From Trueperaceae bacterium (GTDB lineage: Bacteria; Deinococcota; Deinococci; Deinococcales; Trueperaceae): 64,000 bases of DNA. The position numbers and the translations under genes were made by a program. Below are positions 22,513 to 33,808 of this stretch, piece after piece (the stretch's first letter is position 1; every line of letters begins with the position of its first letter). The notes beneath the pieces are model-generated. The model was not told the DNA's origin, did no database searches, and was given only the letters and a program-made list of their open reading frames with translations. The stretch is taken from positions 384,001 to 448,000 of the forward strand of contig JAXHNB010000005.1 in NCBI GenBank assembly GCA_034520945.1. The letters run 5' to 3'.

Positions 22513-23397
22513 TCACGTCGATCGTCCGGCGAAGCGTCGGCGCGGCGAGGGCGCCTCGTCGTACTCGGCGTCCGCGTCCTCGCCGCCGTCGCGAAGGTCG
22601 TCGCCGTCCTCGTCCGTGGAGGCCTCGTCCTCGTCCAGTTCGCCGTCCCCCTCCGGACCGTCGCCGCGCCAGACGTCGGCCTCGAGATCGGACTGTCGTA
22701 CCCGGTCGTCCAGGGCGGCCTGGATCTCGGGCAGCAGCGTCTCGATCACGCGCGGCGGCTTGGGCAGGTCGACGGTGACCTCCTGCCCGGCGACGCCGGA
22801 CGCCGCCTCGGAGCCGAGCCACAGCACGGTGTCCACCACGCGCGCATCGTGCGGCGGGTCGCTGGCCGGCCGCGAGGGGACGACGACGTTGGCCCGCAGG
22901 CGGCCGTGCATTTGGCCGTAGGCGCGGCACAAGCGCGCCAGCCCGCCGCGCACCATCGCGTTCTGCGGCGCCGTCGCCGACGCCGGCGGCGCCACCACCA
23001 CCATCCAGGCGCGCTCCAAGCGGCGGGTCGCGGTGCGGAGGATCCACTGGCTGCTTCGAAGGGTGTCGTCCACCAGCTCGGAGAACTCGCCGTCGGTGAG
23101 GTCCGGCCCGGTGGCGCCGCTGGCGCGCGTGGCGACGTGAACGATGCCGTCCAACCCGCCGAACAGCTGGTCGACCTTGTCGAAGGCGTTGCGCACGTCG
23201 AGCTGCAGCGTCACGTCGATCTGAATCGGGATCGCCTGCCCGCCGACCTCCTCCACCTCGGCGGCGGTCTTGGAGGCCATGGCGACATCGCGGTCGGCGC
23301 AGACGACGTCGTACCCGACGCGGCCCCACCCGAGCGCGATGGCCCGGCCGAACCCCTGCCCCACGCCCGTGACCAGTACCACCCCGGGAAGCGACAT
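22513..23397 (-). CDS. SDR-family Rossmann-fold protein, atypical (no YxxxK), acidic tail
   Basis: VLVTGVGQGFGRAIA, DVT, FGGLDGIV, RANVV.P, GVAGQEVTVD; ATG 6 nt after TATCCT. Confidence 0.8.
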   Translation of the reverse strand: MSLPGVVLVTGVGQGFGRAIALGWGRVGYDVVCADRDVAMASKTAAEVEEVGGQAIPIQIDVTLQLDVRNAFDKVDQLFGGLDGIVHVATRASGATGPDLTDGEFSELVDDTLRSSQWILRTATRRLERAWMVVVAPPASATAPQNAMVRGGLARLCRAYGQMHGRLRANVVVPSRPASDPPHDARVVDTVLWLGSEAASGVAGQEVTVDLPKPPRVIETLLPEIQAALDDRVRQSDLEADVWRGDGPEGDGELDEDEASTDEDGDDLRDGGEDADAEYDEAPSPRRRFAGRST

Positions 23398-23523
23398 GGC
23401 GTCAGGATACTCCCGGCGCCAGGGGCTCACAACCAATGCGCCGGTGTGGGGAGGTCCGTTCGGTACGCCGTTTCCGTCCCCGTCGGTCGGGGCTCTGGTA
23501 GGCTCGGGCGCGAGAGGAGCCGC

Positions 23524-23985
23524 ATGCAGGCCAGCAACGACGCGTCGCCCGAACCGTACAGCTACGTCCACCGCGGCACCGAGGTCGAGGGACGCATCGT
23601 GTCCGACGGGCGTTTGCGCATCGACGGGACGGTGAACGGCGAGGTGCGCGCCGCGGGCGTGCTGGAGATCGCGCCCGGCGGCCGCGTCGAGGGCGGTCCC
23701 GTGCGGGCCACCGACGTTCGGGTCGCCGGGATCGTCGTCGGCGAGGTGCACGCCGAGGGAAAGGTCGAGATCTGGCGCGACGCCGAGGTCCGGGGCGACG
23801 TGCACGCCGCGACGCTGGACGTGGAGGAGGGCGCCCGCTTTTCGGGGCGCAGCTTCATGGCCGGCGACGAGCCTGCGGCGGACGCCTCGGAGGGCGCGCC
23901 GGCCGAGGCGGTGGGCAGGGCCGAACCGGCCGCCGGGAGCGGCGGGGACGATCCGGTGCCGGCGCCCGAGGAGGCGCGGTCGTGA
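23524..23985 (+). CDS. bactofilin (polymer-forming cytoskeletal protein)
   Basis: beta-helix repeats GTEVEGRI..GRLRIDGTVNGEV..LEI..G.VEG..V.GDV.A..L.VEEGARFSG; SD GAGAGGAG. Confidence 0.9.
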   Translation: MQASNDASPEPYSYVHRGTEVEGRIVSDGRLRIDGTVNGEVRAAGVLEIAPGGRVEGGPVRATDVRVAGIVVGEVHAEGKVEIWRDAEVRGDVHAATLDVEEGARFSGRSFMAGDEPAADASEGAPAEAVGRAEPAAGSGGDDPVPAPEEARS

Positions 23986-24102
23986 GTCGGGTCCGAACCG
24001 CTGCGGGGCGCCTGCTACCATGCGGCGTGACGGCCTCTTCGCGACGCCATGCCGGGCCCTTGAGGTCCGGACGTGGTGTCGTGCCGGCCGGGAGGAGGTC
24101 CC

Positions 24103-24987
24103 GTGGCGCTTGAGCGATGGTTCCGGCGGAGTCGGCCGACGCGCAGCGACGACCAGAGCCCGGCCGGGCTGTGGATGAAATGCGACGCCTGCAGCGCTCA
24201 GATCTACCGCAAGGACCTGGTGTCCAACCTGTACGTGTGCCCGGAGTGCGGGCATCATTACCGCATGCCGGTCGATGCGCGCATCGAGTCGCTGTTGGAC
24301 GAAGGCACCTTCGAACGTTGGTCCGGAGGGCTGGCCCCCACCGACCCGTTGGATTTCGTGGACACGGAGCCGTATCCCGAACGCATGGCGCGGGTCCAGG
24401 AGACGCAGGGCCGCCCCGATGCCGTGGTGACCGGGGCGGGGACACTGGAGGGCCAGCGCGTGGCGTTGGTGGTGATGGACTTCTACTTCGCGGGGGGGTC
24501 GATGGGGTCGGTGGTCGGCGAGGAGATCGCCCGCGCTGCCGAGCGGGCCGCCGCCGAGGACCGCGCCCTGGTGGCGGTGACGGCGTCCGGCGGGGCCCGC
24601 ATGCAGGAGGGCGTGCTCAGCCTGATGCAGATGGCCAAGACCACCGCCGCGCTCGAAGAGCTCGCCGAGCGGCGGCTGCCGTTCGTGACCGTGTTGAGCG
24701 ATCCGACGACGGGCGGCGTGACGGCCAGCTTCGCGACGCTCGGCGACCTGATCCTGGCGGAGCCGAACGCGCTGATCTGCTTCGCCGGGCCGCGGGTGAT
24801 TCAGCAGACCATCAAACAGGACCTCCCCGAAGGGTTCCAGCGCGCCGAGTTCCTCCTCAAGAAGGGGATGCTGGACGACGTCGTGCCCCGCGACGAGATG
24901 AAGGCGTCGGTGGCGCACGTCGTCCGCTTGTTGCGCGGCGGCGTGTACGCGTCGCGGGAAGGGGACGCCCGTGCCGCTTCCGTTTGA
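24103..24987 (+). CDS. accD: acetyl-CoA carboxylase carboxyltransferase beta subunit
   Basis: [16 protein letters not shown] zinc finger, [40 protein letters not shown]. Confidence 0.97.
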   Translation: MALERWFRRSRPTRSDDQSPAGLWMKCDACSAQIYRKDLVSNLYVCPECGHHYRMPVDARIESLLDEGTFERWSGGLAPTDPLDFVDTEPYPERMARVQETQGRPDAVVTGAGTLEGQRVALVVMDFYFAGGSMGSVVGEEIARAAERAAAEDRALVAVTASGGARMQEGVLSLMQMAKTTAALEELAERRLPFVTVLSDPTTGGVTASFATLGDLILAEPNALICFAGPRVIQQTIKQDLPEGFQRAEFLLKKGMLDDVVPRDEMKASVAHVVRLLRGGVYASREGDARAASV

Positions 24988-25939
24988 GAAACCGATCGAG
25001 GATCTCGAGAGCAAGATCCGCGACATGCGGAGCTACGCCGAAGAGCAGGAGATCGACCTCAGCGAGGAGATCACCCTGCTGGAGCGCCGCCTCGAGACGC
25101 TCAAGAAGGAGACCTTCCGCAGCCTCAGCCGCTGGCAACGGGTCCAGGTGGCCCGCGCGCCGGGACGCCCGACGGGGCTCGACTACGTCGGCCGCGTGTT
25201 CACAGGCTTCAAGGAGTTGCACGGCGATCGGACGCTGGGGGACGATCCGGCCCTCGTGACCGGCGTGGCGGAGCTCGGCGGGCGCAGCGTGATGGTGATC
25301 GCGCAGCAGAAGGGGCGCGACACCAAGGAGAACATCCACCGCAACTTCGGGATGAGCCACCCCAGCGGGTACCGCAAGGCGATGCGCATGTTCGACCTGG
25401 CCGACAAGTTCGGGCTGCCGGTGGTCACGCTGATCGACACGCCGGGGGCCTATCCCGGCATCGCCGCGGAGGAACAGGGCCAGGCGTGGGTGATCGCCGA
25501 ATCGATCCGCCGCATGAGCCGGCTGCGGGTGCCCGCCGTGAGCGTCGTGATCGGCGAGGGGGGCTCGGGCGGGGCGCTCGCGATCGGCGTGGCCAACCGC
25601 GTGCTGATCCTCGAGAACGCCACCTACTCCGTGATCAGCCCGGAGTCGTGCGCGGCGATCCTGTGGCGCGACGTCGGCCAGGCCCCGACGGCGGCGGAGG
25701 CGCTGAAGCTCACCGCGCGCGACCTGCTGGAGCTCGACGTGGTCGATCGCGTGATCGATGAACCGATCGGCGGCGCGCATAAGCACCCGGCCGAGGCGAT
25801 GGACGCCGTGGGTCGTGCTCTGCAGGAGGAACTGGAGGCTCTGGCTGGCGTCCAGGGGTCGGAGCTGGTGACGCAGCGGCGGGCGCGGTTCCGCCGCCTG
25901 GGCCGCTTCACCGAACTCGGCGGTGAAGAGGCCGCCTGA
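24971..25939 (+). CDS. accA: acetyl-CoA carboxylase carboxyltransferase alpha subunit
   Basis: [45 protein letters not shown]. Confidence 0.97.
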   Translation: MPLPFEKPIEDLESKIRDMRSYAEEQEIDLSEEITLLERRLETLKKETFRSLSRWQRVQVARAPGRPTGLDYVGRVFTGFKELHGDRTLGDDPALVTGVAELGGRSVMVIAQQKGRDTKENIHRNFGMSHPSGYRKAMRMFDLADKFGLPVVTLIDTPGAYPGIAAEEQGQAWVIAESIRRMSRLRVPAVSVVIGEGGSGGALAIGVANRVLILENATYSVISPESCAAILWRDVGQAPTAAEALKLTARDLLELDVVDRVIDEPIGGAHKHPAEAMDAVGRALQEELEALAGVQGSELVTQRRARFRRLGRFTELGGEEAA

Positions 25940-25946
25940 GGCACCT

Positions 25947-26618
25947 TCAGGCGGGACCCCGCGCCTGCGACGCGCGCTCGTGCAGCTGGCGCAGGGCGGA
26001 GGCGACGTCGTCGCTTCCGAACACCGCGCTTCCCGCGACCAGCACGTCCGCTCCAGCCTTGGCGGCCACGGCCGCCGTATCCGCGTCGATGCCGCCGTCC
26101 ACCTCGATCAGCGCGTCGGGTCGGGACCGGTCCCGCCAGGCGCGGACCCGCGCCAGGCGTTCGGCCGTCCCCTCGATCCAGCGTTGCCCGCCGTAGCCGG
26201 GGTCGACGCTCATCACCAGCACCAGGTCCAGCAGCGGGAGGGCGTCCCGCACCACCTCCAGCGGGGTCAACGGGTTCACGGCCAGCCCGGTCTTCATGCC
26301 CAACGCGCGGACGTCGTCCAGGCACCTGTGCAGGTGCCAGACCGGCTCGGCGTGGACGGTGAGGCGATCCGCGCCGGCGCGTGCGAACGGCTCGAGCCAG
26401 CGTTCCGGCGCGTGCACCATCAGGTGCACGTCGAGCGTCGCGTCGGTGCGGTCGCGGCAGGCCCGCACGACCTGCGGCCCGAAGGACAGGTTCGGAACGA
26501 AGGTGCCGTCCATCACGTCGAGGTGGAGCCAGTCGGCCCCTGCGGCGGTGACGGCGTCGATCTGCTCGCCGAGGCGTGCGGGATCGGCGGCGAGGAGCGA
26601 GGGCGCGATGCGGATCAT
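25947..26618 (-). CDS. rpe: ribulose-phosphate 3-epimerase
   Basis: [52 protein letters not shown]. Confidence 0.96.
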   Translation of the reverse strand: MIRIAPSLLAADPARLGEQIDAVTAAGADWLHLDVMDGTFVPNLSFGPQVVRACRDRTDATLDVHLMVHAPERWLEPFARAGADRLTVHAEPVWHLHRCLDDVRALGMKTGLAVNPLTPLEVVRDALPLLDLVLVMSVDPGYGGQRWIEGTAERLARVRAWRDRSRPDALIEVDGGIDADTAAVAAKAGADVLVAGSAVFGSDDVASALRQLHERASQARGPA

Positions 26619-26854
26619 GGGGCACGATACCGCTGCGGCCTCCCGGCAGGCACGTAGCGTCGGCACGGTGCCGAGGCCGGCCTCGCCGTCGGCCGGCCGA
26701 CGCCCCATTGTTGAGCGGCGAGGTATACAATACCTGCGTGCCGATCCTTGCGGGACGCGCCGGCAGGCCTGGCGAGCGGATCGCAACGGACGTCACCACA
26801 GCGAACGCAGCCCAGCTGCACGCATCTCACCCGAACCACCCAGAGGAGGCGAAC

Positions 26855-27721
26855 ATGGAGCGAGGGTACGCGCATCCCGAGGTGCTGGTCGACACCGATT
26901 GGGTCGAAGCGCACCACGGGGACGACGGTGTACGCGTCGTCGAGGTCGACGAAGACGTGCTGCTGTACGAGCAGGGGCACGTGCCCGGCGCCCGCAAGCT
27001 CGACTGGCACACCGAACTGCAGCGCCCGGACGTGCGCGACTTCGTGGACCGGGAACAGTTCGCCGCCCTGATGGAGGAGAAGGGGATCTCGAACGACGAC
27101 ACGGTCGTGCTGTACGGCGACAAGTCGAACTGGTGGGCCGCGTACGCGTTCTGGTTCCTCAAGTACAACGGCCACGAGGACGTGCGGCTCATGGACGGCG
27201 GCCGTCAGAAGTGGGTCGCCGAGGGGCGTTCGATCACGCGCGACGTGCCGCCGCGGGAGCCGGCGATCTACCGCGTGCCGTACCGCGACGCCTCCATCCG
27301 GGCGTTCGCCCCCGACGTGCTGCAGCACCTGCTGGCGGTCAAGGACGGCCGGGGGGCGCTGGTGGACGTGCGCAGCCCGGCCGAGTACAGCGGCGAGAAG
27401 CTGCACATGCCCGAGTACCCCCAGGAGGGCGCGCTGCGCGGTGGGCACATCCCGGGTGCCGCCAACGTGCCGTGGGCCCAGGCGGTGCAGGACGACGGCA
27501 CCTTCAAGCCCGCCTCCGAGTTGACGGAGCTGTACCGGGGGCACGGCGTCACCGCCGACCGGCCGGTGATCGCCTACTGCCGCATCGCCGAGCGCAGCAG
27601 CCACACCTGGTTCGTGCTCAGGTACCTGCTCGGCTACCCCGACGTGCGCAACTACGACGGCAGTTGGACGGAATGGGGCAACATGGTCGGCGTGCCGGTC
27701 GCGCAGGGGGCCGAGCCCTGA
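26855..27721 (+). CDS. tandem-domain rhodanese / sulfurtransferase (SseA/CysA type)
   Basis: [29 protein letters not shown], active site [28 protein letters not shown]. Confidence 0.93.
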   Translation: MERGYAHPEVLVDTDWVEAHHGDDGVRVVEVDEDVLLYEQGHVPGARKLDWHTELQRPDVRDFVDREQFAALMEEKGISNDDTVVLYGDKSNWWAAYAFWFLKYNGHEDVRLMDGGRQKWVAEGRSITRDVPPREPAIYRVPYRDASIRAFAPDVLQHLLAVKDGRGALVDVRSPAEYSGEKLHMPEYPQEGALRGGHIPGAANVPWAQAVQDDGTFKPASELTELYRGHGVTADRPVIAYCRIAERSSHTWFVLRYLLGYPDVRNYDGSWTEWGNMVGVPVAQGAEP

Positions 27722-27749
27722 GGCGATGCTCGCGCCTAGCCTGTCCAGC

Positions 27750-27789
27750 ACGCGTCGAGGCCGGGGCAACGCCCCCGGCCTCGACGCGT
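27750..27789. terminator. bidirectional stem-loop between convergent sulfurtransferase and gabT
   Basis: 17-bp perfect inverted repeat ACGCGTCGAGGCCGGGG / CCCCGGCCTCGACGCGT. Confidence 0.7.
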
Positions 27790-27845
27790 ATGGTGCCTTC
27801 CTCGCGCGCGGTGGGGCCGGCGGGCGCCGGCCGTTGGAATTGCGT

Positions 27846-29159
27846 TCAGGCGACGGCGCCGACCGGCGCCAGCGCGTGACGGATCGCGGCCTCGAGCTTG
27901 TCCGCGCCTTCGGCCAGCTCCTCGTCCGACAGGTTGAGGGGCGGCAGGAGCCGGATCACGTTGCCGTAGGTGCCGGTCGGGAGCAGCAGCAGCCCGCTCT
28001 CGCGGGCGTGCGCCACGACCGCCTCGACGGCGGCGGTGTTCGGTGTCTTGTGCTCGTCGGCGACGAACTCGATGCCGATCATGGCGCCCATGCCGCGGAC
28101 GTCGCCGATCTCGGCGAACTCGGCCTGCAGCCCAAGGAGCCGTTCGTTCAGGGCGTCGCCGATCTCGCGTGCGCGCGCCAGCAGGCCCTCTTCCTCGATC
28201 ACGTCGAGGGTCGCCAGCGCGGCCGCGATCGACACGGGGTTTCCTCCGAAGGTGCTGCCCAGCATGCCGGGTCCGACGCGGTCCATCACCTCGGCGGTGC
28301 CGACCACCGCTGAGAGCGGGAACCCCGACGAGAGCGCCTTGGCGCTGGTCACCAGGTCGGGCTCGAGACCGGCGTGGTCCACCGCCCACCACGCCCCGGT
28401 GCGGCCGATGCCGGCCTGGATCTCGTCGTCGATCCACAACGCGCCGATCTCGGAGGCGTAGGCGCGCAGGCCGCGCAGGAAGCTGGGCGGCGCCGGGATG
28501 AAGCCCCCCTCGCCGGCGATCGGTTCCAGCACGAAGGCGGCGACCTCGTCCTCACCGACGGTGGTCTTGACCTGGTCGCGAAGCTGCGCCAGCGTCGCTT
28601 CGCCGACGTCCCCGTCCTTCGCGGTGAACGGCGAGCGGTAGGCGTAGGGGTACGTCGCGCGGTAGATCTCGGCCGCCCGTGGGCGGAAGCCGGCCTTGTA
28701 GGGGTTCGCTTTGCCCGTTAGCGACAGCGCCATGTGGGTCCGGCCGTGGAAGGCGTGCGTGAACGCGACGATGCCTTGCCGTCCGGTCGCCACGCGCGCG
28801 ATCTTGACGGCGTTCTCGACCGCTTCGGCGCCGGAGTTGACCAGGAACGTCTTCTTCTGGCCGTCGCCCGGCGCGAGCGCGTTCAGGCGCTCGGCCAGCG
28901 CGACGTAGGACTCGTGCATGCCCACGGCGAAGCAGAGGTGCTGGAACCGCTCCGTCTGCCGCCGCACCGCTTCGACCACCTTGGGGTGGGAGTGGCCGAC
29001 GTTCATGACGGCGATGCCGACCGAGAAGTCGAGGTACTTCGTGCCGTCGGCGTCCCAGACGTAGGAGCCCTTGGCGTCCGCAGGGTAGATCGGATGGATC
29101 GACGCCGCGGCGGGCGAGACGGCCGCTGCGCGGCGGCGGGCCAATTCCTGGTTGCTCAT
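27846..29159 (-). CDS. gabT: class III aminotransferase, 4-aminobutyrate aminotransferase-like
   Basis: NSGAEAVENAVKIAR, AFHGRT, EPIAGEGGF, DEIQAG.GRTG, SAKALSSG, STFGGNP. Confidence 0.85.
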   Translation of the reverse strand: MSNQELARRRAAAVSPAAASIHPIYPADAKGSYVWDADGTKYLDFSVGIAVMNVGHSHPKVVEAVRRQTERFQHLCFAVGMHESYVALAERLNALAPGDGQKKTFLVNSGAEAVENAVKIARVATGRQGIVAFTHAFHGRTHMALSLTGKANPYKAGFRPRAAEIYRATYPYAYRSPFTAKDGDVGEATLAQLRDQVKTTVGEDEVAAFVLEPIAGEGGFIPAPPSFLRGLRAYASEIGALWIDDEIQAGIGRTGAWWAVDHAGLEPDLVTSAKALSSGFPLSAVVGTAEVMDRVGPGMLGSTFGGNPVSIAAALATLDVIEEEGLLARAREIGDALNERLLGLQAEFAEIGDVRGMGAMIGIEFVADEHKTPNTAAVEAVVAHARESGLLLLPTGTYGNVIRLLPPLNLSDEELAEGADKLEAAIRHALAPVGAVA

Positions 29160-29347
29160 GGGCACCTCCCGGGCCTGACCGCGGCGTGGCGTTCGAAAGT
29201 ATCGTGGGCATTACGCCCGTCGTTCCGAAGCTTGCGCGCGGGATGGGGTTACGGTTCCGAGACGATCCGCGGAACCGACTTTACTAGAATAGCACCGGGC
29301 CGGGTGGGCTGTGTACCCCGGACGCGGGGGCACGGTAGCCTGCCGGC

Positions 29348-30097
29348 GTGCCCTCCTCGGCCCCCTGGGCCCCCCCATCGGTCCGCGTCCGCGCGGACCC
29401 CGGCTTCGAGGAAGACGCGCGCACGCTGGCGACGCGCCTGGGGCTGGCGTTCGGCCTCGTCCCGGCGCGCTACGAGCTTCGGGTCGGCGCAGGCGGCGTC
29501 GCGCTCGTGTCCGAGCAGGCGCCGTCCGACCGGGCCGCGGCCCTGCGCGTCGACCTGAGCGCGCGCCGCAGCGGGCAGGTCCCGGTCGTGCGCGCGGTCA
29601 CGGGGGGCCGTCCCCGCGACCGGGTCGGCCGGGTGGTCGACGCCACCGCCGGCCTGGGCGCCGACGCCGCGGCGTTGGCGCGTGCCGGACTGGAGGTCGT
29701 GATGATCGAACGGCACCCGGTGATCGGCGCGCTGCTGGCCGACGGGCTGGCGCGGCTGGAGGCCGCCGAGCCGGGCGCCGTCGCGTTGTCGTTGCGAGTG
29801 GGGGACGCGCGCGAGCTGCTGGCGACGTTGGCGCCGCCGCCGCAGGTCGTGTTCCTGGACCCGATGCACCCGCGGCGGCGCGGGGGGGCGAAGCGGGCGT
29901 CGGCCGCCTGGTTGCGGGACCTGTCGGGCCCGCCCGACGAGGCGGAGCAGCGCGCCCTGCTGGCGCGGGCGCGGGCGGTGGCGAGGCGGCGGGTGGTGGT
30001 CAAGCGCCCCGCCAAGTCGGCGCCCCTCGAACCGGGTTGGAGCGGCCGGATCGAGGGGCGCACGGTGCGCTTCGACCTGTACGCGCCGGATCGTTGA
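29348..30097 (+). CDS. rsmJ: SAM-dependent methyltransferase, RsmJ (16S m2G1516) family
   Basis: VVDATAGLGADA, FLDPMHP, RVVVKRP, G.T.RFDLY. Confidence 0.8.
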   Translation: MPSSAPWAPPSVRVRADPGFEEDARTLATRLGLAFGLVPARYELRVGAGGVALVSEQAPSDRAAALRVDLSARRSGQVPVVRAVTGGRPRDRVGRVVDATAGLGADAAALARAGLEVVMIERHPVIGALLADGLARLEAAEPGAVALSLRVGDARELLATLAPPPQVVFLDPMHPRRRGGAKRASAAWLRDLSGPPDEAEQRALLARARAVARRRVVVKRPAKSAPLEPGWSGRIEGRTVRFDLYAPDR

Positions 30098-30139
30098 GCG
30101 CCCGAGGCGGTACGAAGCGGCCCCGCGGCGGGCGCAGCG

Positions 30140-30213
30140 TGGCTGGCCCGCAGGGATTCGAACCCCGACCGTCCGGACCAAAACCGGGTGTCCTGCCATT
30201 AGACGACGGGCCA
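30140..30213 (-). tRNA. tRNA-Gln(TTG)
   Basis: TGGCCCG acceptor, anticodon loop TT-TTG-GT, GTTCGAATCC, encoded CCA; TTGACC-17-TACGAT promoter upstream. Confidence 0.95.
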
Positions 30214-30305
30214 CCGACGCCCCAGCCGCGGGGCGAACCAGATCGTATCCGCGCCATGCCGGCCGGTCAAGCGGAGGCCTGGGGCCGCCGCCCACCATAT
30301 TGCGC

Positions 30306-30343
30306 ACGCACGCAGCCCCGGCGGGGGCCGGGGCTGCGTGCGT
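30306..30343. terminator. stem-loop immediately downstream of tRNA-Gln(CTG)
   Basis: 17-bp perfect inverted repeat ACGCACGCAGCCCCGGC / GCCGGGGCTGCGTGCGT. Confidence 0.7.
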
Positions 30344-30347
30344 CGTT

Positions 30348-30421
30348 TGGTTGGCCCGCAGGGATTCGAACCCCGACCGTCCGGACCAGAACCGGGTGTC
30401 CTGCCATTAGACTACGGGCCA
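30348..30421 (-). tRNA. tRNA-Gln(CTG)
   Basis: Same body as neighbour with anticodon loop TT-CTG-GT; encoded CCA; TTGACG-18-TACACT upstream. Confidence 0.95.
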
Positions 30422-30559
30422 GTGCAGGCCGGAGTGTACAGCGCTGACGCGAGGACCGTCAAGCAGTCCCGTCGCGAGCCGCGGCCGCGCCGGCCTTGCC
30501 GCGCGCGAGCGCGTTGGGGTAGAGTGCTGGGCGCTGCGCCGGGCTCGCCCGGCGTCCGA

Positions 30560-30651
<92 letters not shown>

Positions 30652-30745
30652 ACGATGCAGCGGCCGCCTTAGCAAGGCGGCCGCGCGTTTGGGCCGAGGC
30701 CGGCGGCCCGCCGCCGCGGCCCGGTCGCGCGCGAGGAGGTCGTCC

Positions 30746-31372
30746 GTGTCCACCGTGATCATCGATCACCCCCTGATTCAGCACAAGCTCTCCATCATGC
30801 GTGACCAAAACACGCCGGTGCGCGACTTCCGCGCCCTGTGCACCGAGATCGCGATGTTGATGGCGTTCGAAGCGATGCGCGACCTTCCCCTCGAGGAGGC
30901 CGAGGTCCGAACCCCGGTCGCCCCGGCCCGCGTACGCCGCCTCGCCGGCAAGAAGCTCGCGCTGGTGGCGATCCTTCGGGCGGGCCTGATCATGGTCGAC
31001 GGGATCCTCGACCTGGTGCCCAGTGCGCGCGTCGGCCACATCGGGCTGTTCCGCGATCCCGAGTCGCTGTCCCCCGTCCGGTACTACGCCAAGTTGCCGG
31101 GCGACATCCATGAACGCGACGTGTTCCTTTTGGACCCCATGCTGGCCACCGGGGGCAGCGCCGTGTCGGCGACCCGTATGCTGAAGGAGCACGGAGCGGG
31201 CCGGATTCGACTGCTGTGCATCCTGGCGGCGCCGGAGGGGGTGGACGCGGTCGCGTCGGCGCACCCCGACGTCGAGATCGTGCTGGCCGCCCAGGACGAG
31301 CGTCTCGACGAGCACGGCTACATCGTGCCGGGCTTGGGCGACGCGGGCGACCGCATCTACGGGACGCGGTGA
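30746..31372 (+). CDS. upp: uracil phosphoribosyltransferase
   Basis: [59 protein letters not shown]. Confidence 0.97.
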   Translation: MSTVIIDHPLIQHKLSIMRDQNTPVRDFRALCTEIAMLMAFEAMRDLPLEEAEVRTPVAPARVRRLAGKKLALVAILRAGLIMVDGILDLVPSARVGHIGLFRDPESLSPVRYYAKLPGDIHERDVFLLDPMLATGGSAVSATRMLKEHGAGRIRLLCILAAPEGVDAVASAHPDVEIVLAAQDERLDEHGYIVPGLGDAGDRIYGTR

Positions 31373-31444
31373 GCGGGCGGCCGCCCCAGCTCGGCGAGAA
31401 GCGCTTCGCATCGTTCGGCGCCGCCTCGCGCTAGGATGCGGTTC

Positions 31445-32611
31445 GTGCAAGAGGCGCCGCTTCCCCTTCTTCCCCTGGCCCTGGTGGCGTTCTTCGCCGC
31501 GCTCGCCTGCGTGGCCCTGCTGGTCCCGCGCGTTCGGTCGTTCGCGTTCCGCGTCGGCGCCGTGCAGGCCGGCGGGCGCCGGCACGGGCACGGCCGCCGC
31601 CGGCACGAGGGCGCCGTGCCGAACATCGGCGGCGTGGCCCTGTTGGCGGGGTTTCTGTTCGCCCTCCTGGCCGGCGCCGCGCTGATGCCCAGCGCCCTGG
31701 GCGCCGACCGCGCCCCGTTGTTGGCCATCGTGCTGGGCGGCGTGCTGATGACGCTGGTCGGACTCGTGGACGACCTGTGGGAGTTGCCGGTGGCGATGCG
31801 CTTGGCGACGCAGACGGTGGCGGCGGGGATCCTGGTGGTGCACGGCGTCCAGATCCAGTTCGTGACCAATTACTTCGCGGTCGGTCCCCTGTCCCACTGG
31901 GCGGGCGACGGCAACTTCGTGTTCTTCGGCGAGACCGTCGCTGCGCTGCTGACGATCCTGTGGGTCGTGGGCTTCAGCAACGCGTTCAACTTCATCGACG
32001 GCGTGGACGGGCTCTCCTCCGGGGTGGCCGCCATCGGCAGCCTGAGCTTGCTCGCGGTGGCGCTCCAGGTGCCGGACCGCGGGCCGTCGGTGCTGCTGCT
32101 GGCCGCGGTGGCCGGCGCCGCCGTGGCGTTCTTGCGGCACAATGCCGGTCCGGCCACGATCTTCATGGGCGACGCCGGCGCCTACCTGCTCGGATACGTG
32201 CTGGCCGCGACCAGCGTGTTGGGGGCGCTCAAGGTGACGGCGGCCGTGACCGTCGCCGCCCCGCTGCTGATTCTGGCGCTGCCCGTGCTGAACATCACGC
32301 AGGTGACGGTCCGTCGCATGCGGCGTGGCGTCAGCCCGGCCGAGGCGGGGAACGACCATCTGCACGACCTGCTGCGGCAGCGCGGCCGCAGCGAACGCGG
32401 CACGGTGCTCACCTTGTGGGGCGCCACCCTGGTGCTGGGGGTGCTGGGCATGTCGTTGGCCAATACGCCGCCAGTGGCCCTGGTGCTCACGGTGGTGCTG
32501 GCCGTGGCGCTGATCGGGGGCGCCAGCGCCCTGCGCTGGGCGGAGGTCCGGGCGGAGGAGCGCCGGGCGTACGCGCCGGCGGGCGCGAAGGCGGACCGCC
32601 GCACGCGGTGA
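31445..32611 (+). CDS. wecA: undecaprenyl-phosphate GlcNAc-1-phosphate transferase (WecA/TagO, MraY-like family 4)
   Basis: [33 protein letters not shown]; start GTG 31445 (alternative ATG 31436). Confidence 0.85.
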   Translation: MQEAPLPLLPLALVAFFAALACVALLVPRVRSFAFRVGAVQAGGRRHGHGRRRHEGAVPNIGGVALLAGFLFALLAGAALMPSALGADRAPLLAIVLGGVLMTLVGLVDDLWELPVAMRLATQTVAAGILVVHGVQIQFVTNYFAVGPLSHWAGDGNFVFFGETVAALLTILWVVGFSNAFNFIDGVDGLSSGVAAIGSLSLLAVALQVPDRGPSVLLLAAVAGAAVAFLRHNAGPATIFMGDAGAYLLGYVLAATSVLGALKVTAAVTVAAPLLILALPVLNITQVTVRRMRRGVSPAEAGNDHLHDLLRQRGRSERGTVLTLWGATLVLGVLGMSLANTPPVALVLTVVLAVALIGGASALRWAEVRAEERRAYAPAGAKADRRTR

Positions 32612-33753
32612 GTCGGCCCGCCCGGGTCGCGGTCGCCTTCGGCACGCGGCCCGAGGCGTCCAAGATGGCGCCGGTCGTGCAGGCGCTGGAGGCGCACGGC
32701 GAGTTGGCGCCGTGGATCTTGCTCACCGGGCAGCATCGCGACCAGCTCGACGCCATGATGCAGCTGTTCGGCCTTCGTGCCGACGCCGACCTGGACGTCA
32801 TGGTCGAGGGTCAGACGTTGCCGGGCCTGCTGGCCAAGATCGTGCCGGCCGCGGCCGAGGCGTTGCGGCGGGCCGAGCCGGCCTACTGCTTGGTGCACGG
32901 CGATACCCTGACCAGCTTCGCCGTCGCGTTGGCCGCCTTCTACGAGGAGATCCCGGTGGGGCACGTGGAGGCGGGCCTCCGCAGCTTCGACCTGCGGCAA
33001 CCGTTCCCCGAAGAGGCCAACCGGCGCCTGACCGACACGTTGACGGACGTAGCGTTGGCCCCCACGGCGGGGGCGCGCGCCAACCTGCTGCGCGAGGGCG
33101 TCTGCGAGGAGCGCATCGTGGTCACCGGCAATACCGCCGTCGACGCCGTGAGGCAGGTCGCGGCCCGCGCCGCGCCCCCCGCCGTGGCGCCGGCCGCGGA
33201 GCCGCGGGTGGTGATCACGCTGCACCGCCGCGAGAACCTTCCCGTTCTGCGCGGCCTGGCCGAGGCGCTGGCGCACGTGGCGCGGGCGTTCCCGGACCAC
33301 GCCTTCGTGTACCCGGTGCACCCCAACCCCGCTGTGCGCCGCGCGGTCCAGCCGCCGCTGGCAGGGGTGCCCAACGTGCACCTCACCGAACCGCAGGGGT
33401 ACGGGGCCATGGTGGCGCTGCTGGCCACCGCGCGGCTGATCGTGACCGACTCCGGGGGGCTGCAGGAGGAGGGGGCGGCCCTCCGCGTGCCCGTCGCGGT
33501 GGTGCGCAACGTGACGGAGCGCCCGGAGGGGGTCGAGGCGGGCGCGCTCGTCTTGATCGGCAACGATCCCGACACGGTGGGCGAGCGCCTGACGCGGCTG
33601 CTGGCCGACGAGGCCGCGTTGCGCGTGATGCGCGCCGCGCGCAACCCGTACGGCGACGGCCACGCCGGGCCGCGCGTCGCCGCCGCCGTGGCGTGGCGGT
33701 TGGGGCTGGGACCCCGCCCCGATCCATGGCGGGACGACCCGGGGGGCGCCTGA
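32608..33753 (+). CDS. wecB: UDP-N-acetylglucosamine 2-epimerase (non-hydrolysing)
   Basis: [58 protein letters not shown]. Confidence 0.95.
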   Translation: MSRPARVAVAFGTRPEASKMAPVVQALEAHGELAPWILLTGQHRDQLDAMMQLFGLRADADLDVMVEGQTLPGLLAKIVPAAAEALRRAEPAYCLVHGDTLTSFAVALAAFYEEIPVGHVEAGLRSFDLRQPFPEEANRRLTDTLTDVALAPTAGARANLLREGVCEERIVVTGNTAVDAVRQVAARAAPPAVAPAAEPRVVITLHRRENLPVLRGLAEALAHVARAFPDHAFVYPVHPNPAVRRAVQPPLAGVPNVHLTEPQGYGAMVALLATARLIVTDSGGLQEEGAALRVPVAVVRNVTERPEGVEAGALVLIGNDPDTVGERLTRLLADEAALRVMRAARNPYGDGHAGPRVAAAVAWRLGLGPRPDPWRDDPGGA

Positions 33754-33808
33754 GGGCAGCGCATCCCGCGCGCCGGCGGGCGCGGGGCCGGTGATAGCAT
33801 CCTTGGAC

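Noticed and set aside
30140..30421. Near-identical 74-bp direct repeat that could be an att site or duplication scar
   Set aside because: Both copies are complete tRNA-Gln isoacceptors (TTG, CTG), each with its own promoter and CCA; no integrase nearby.
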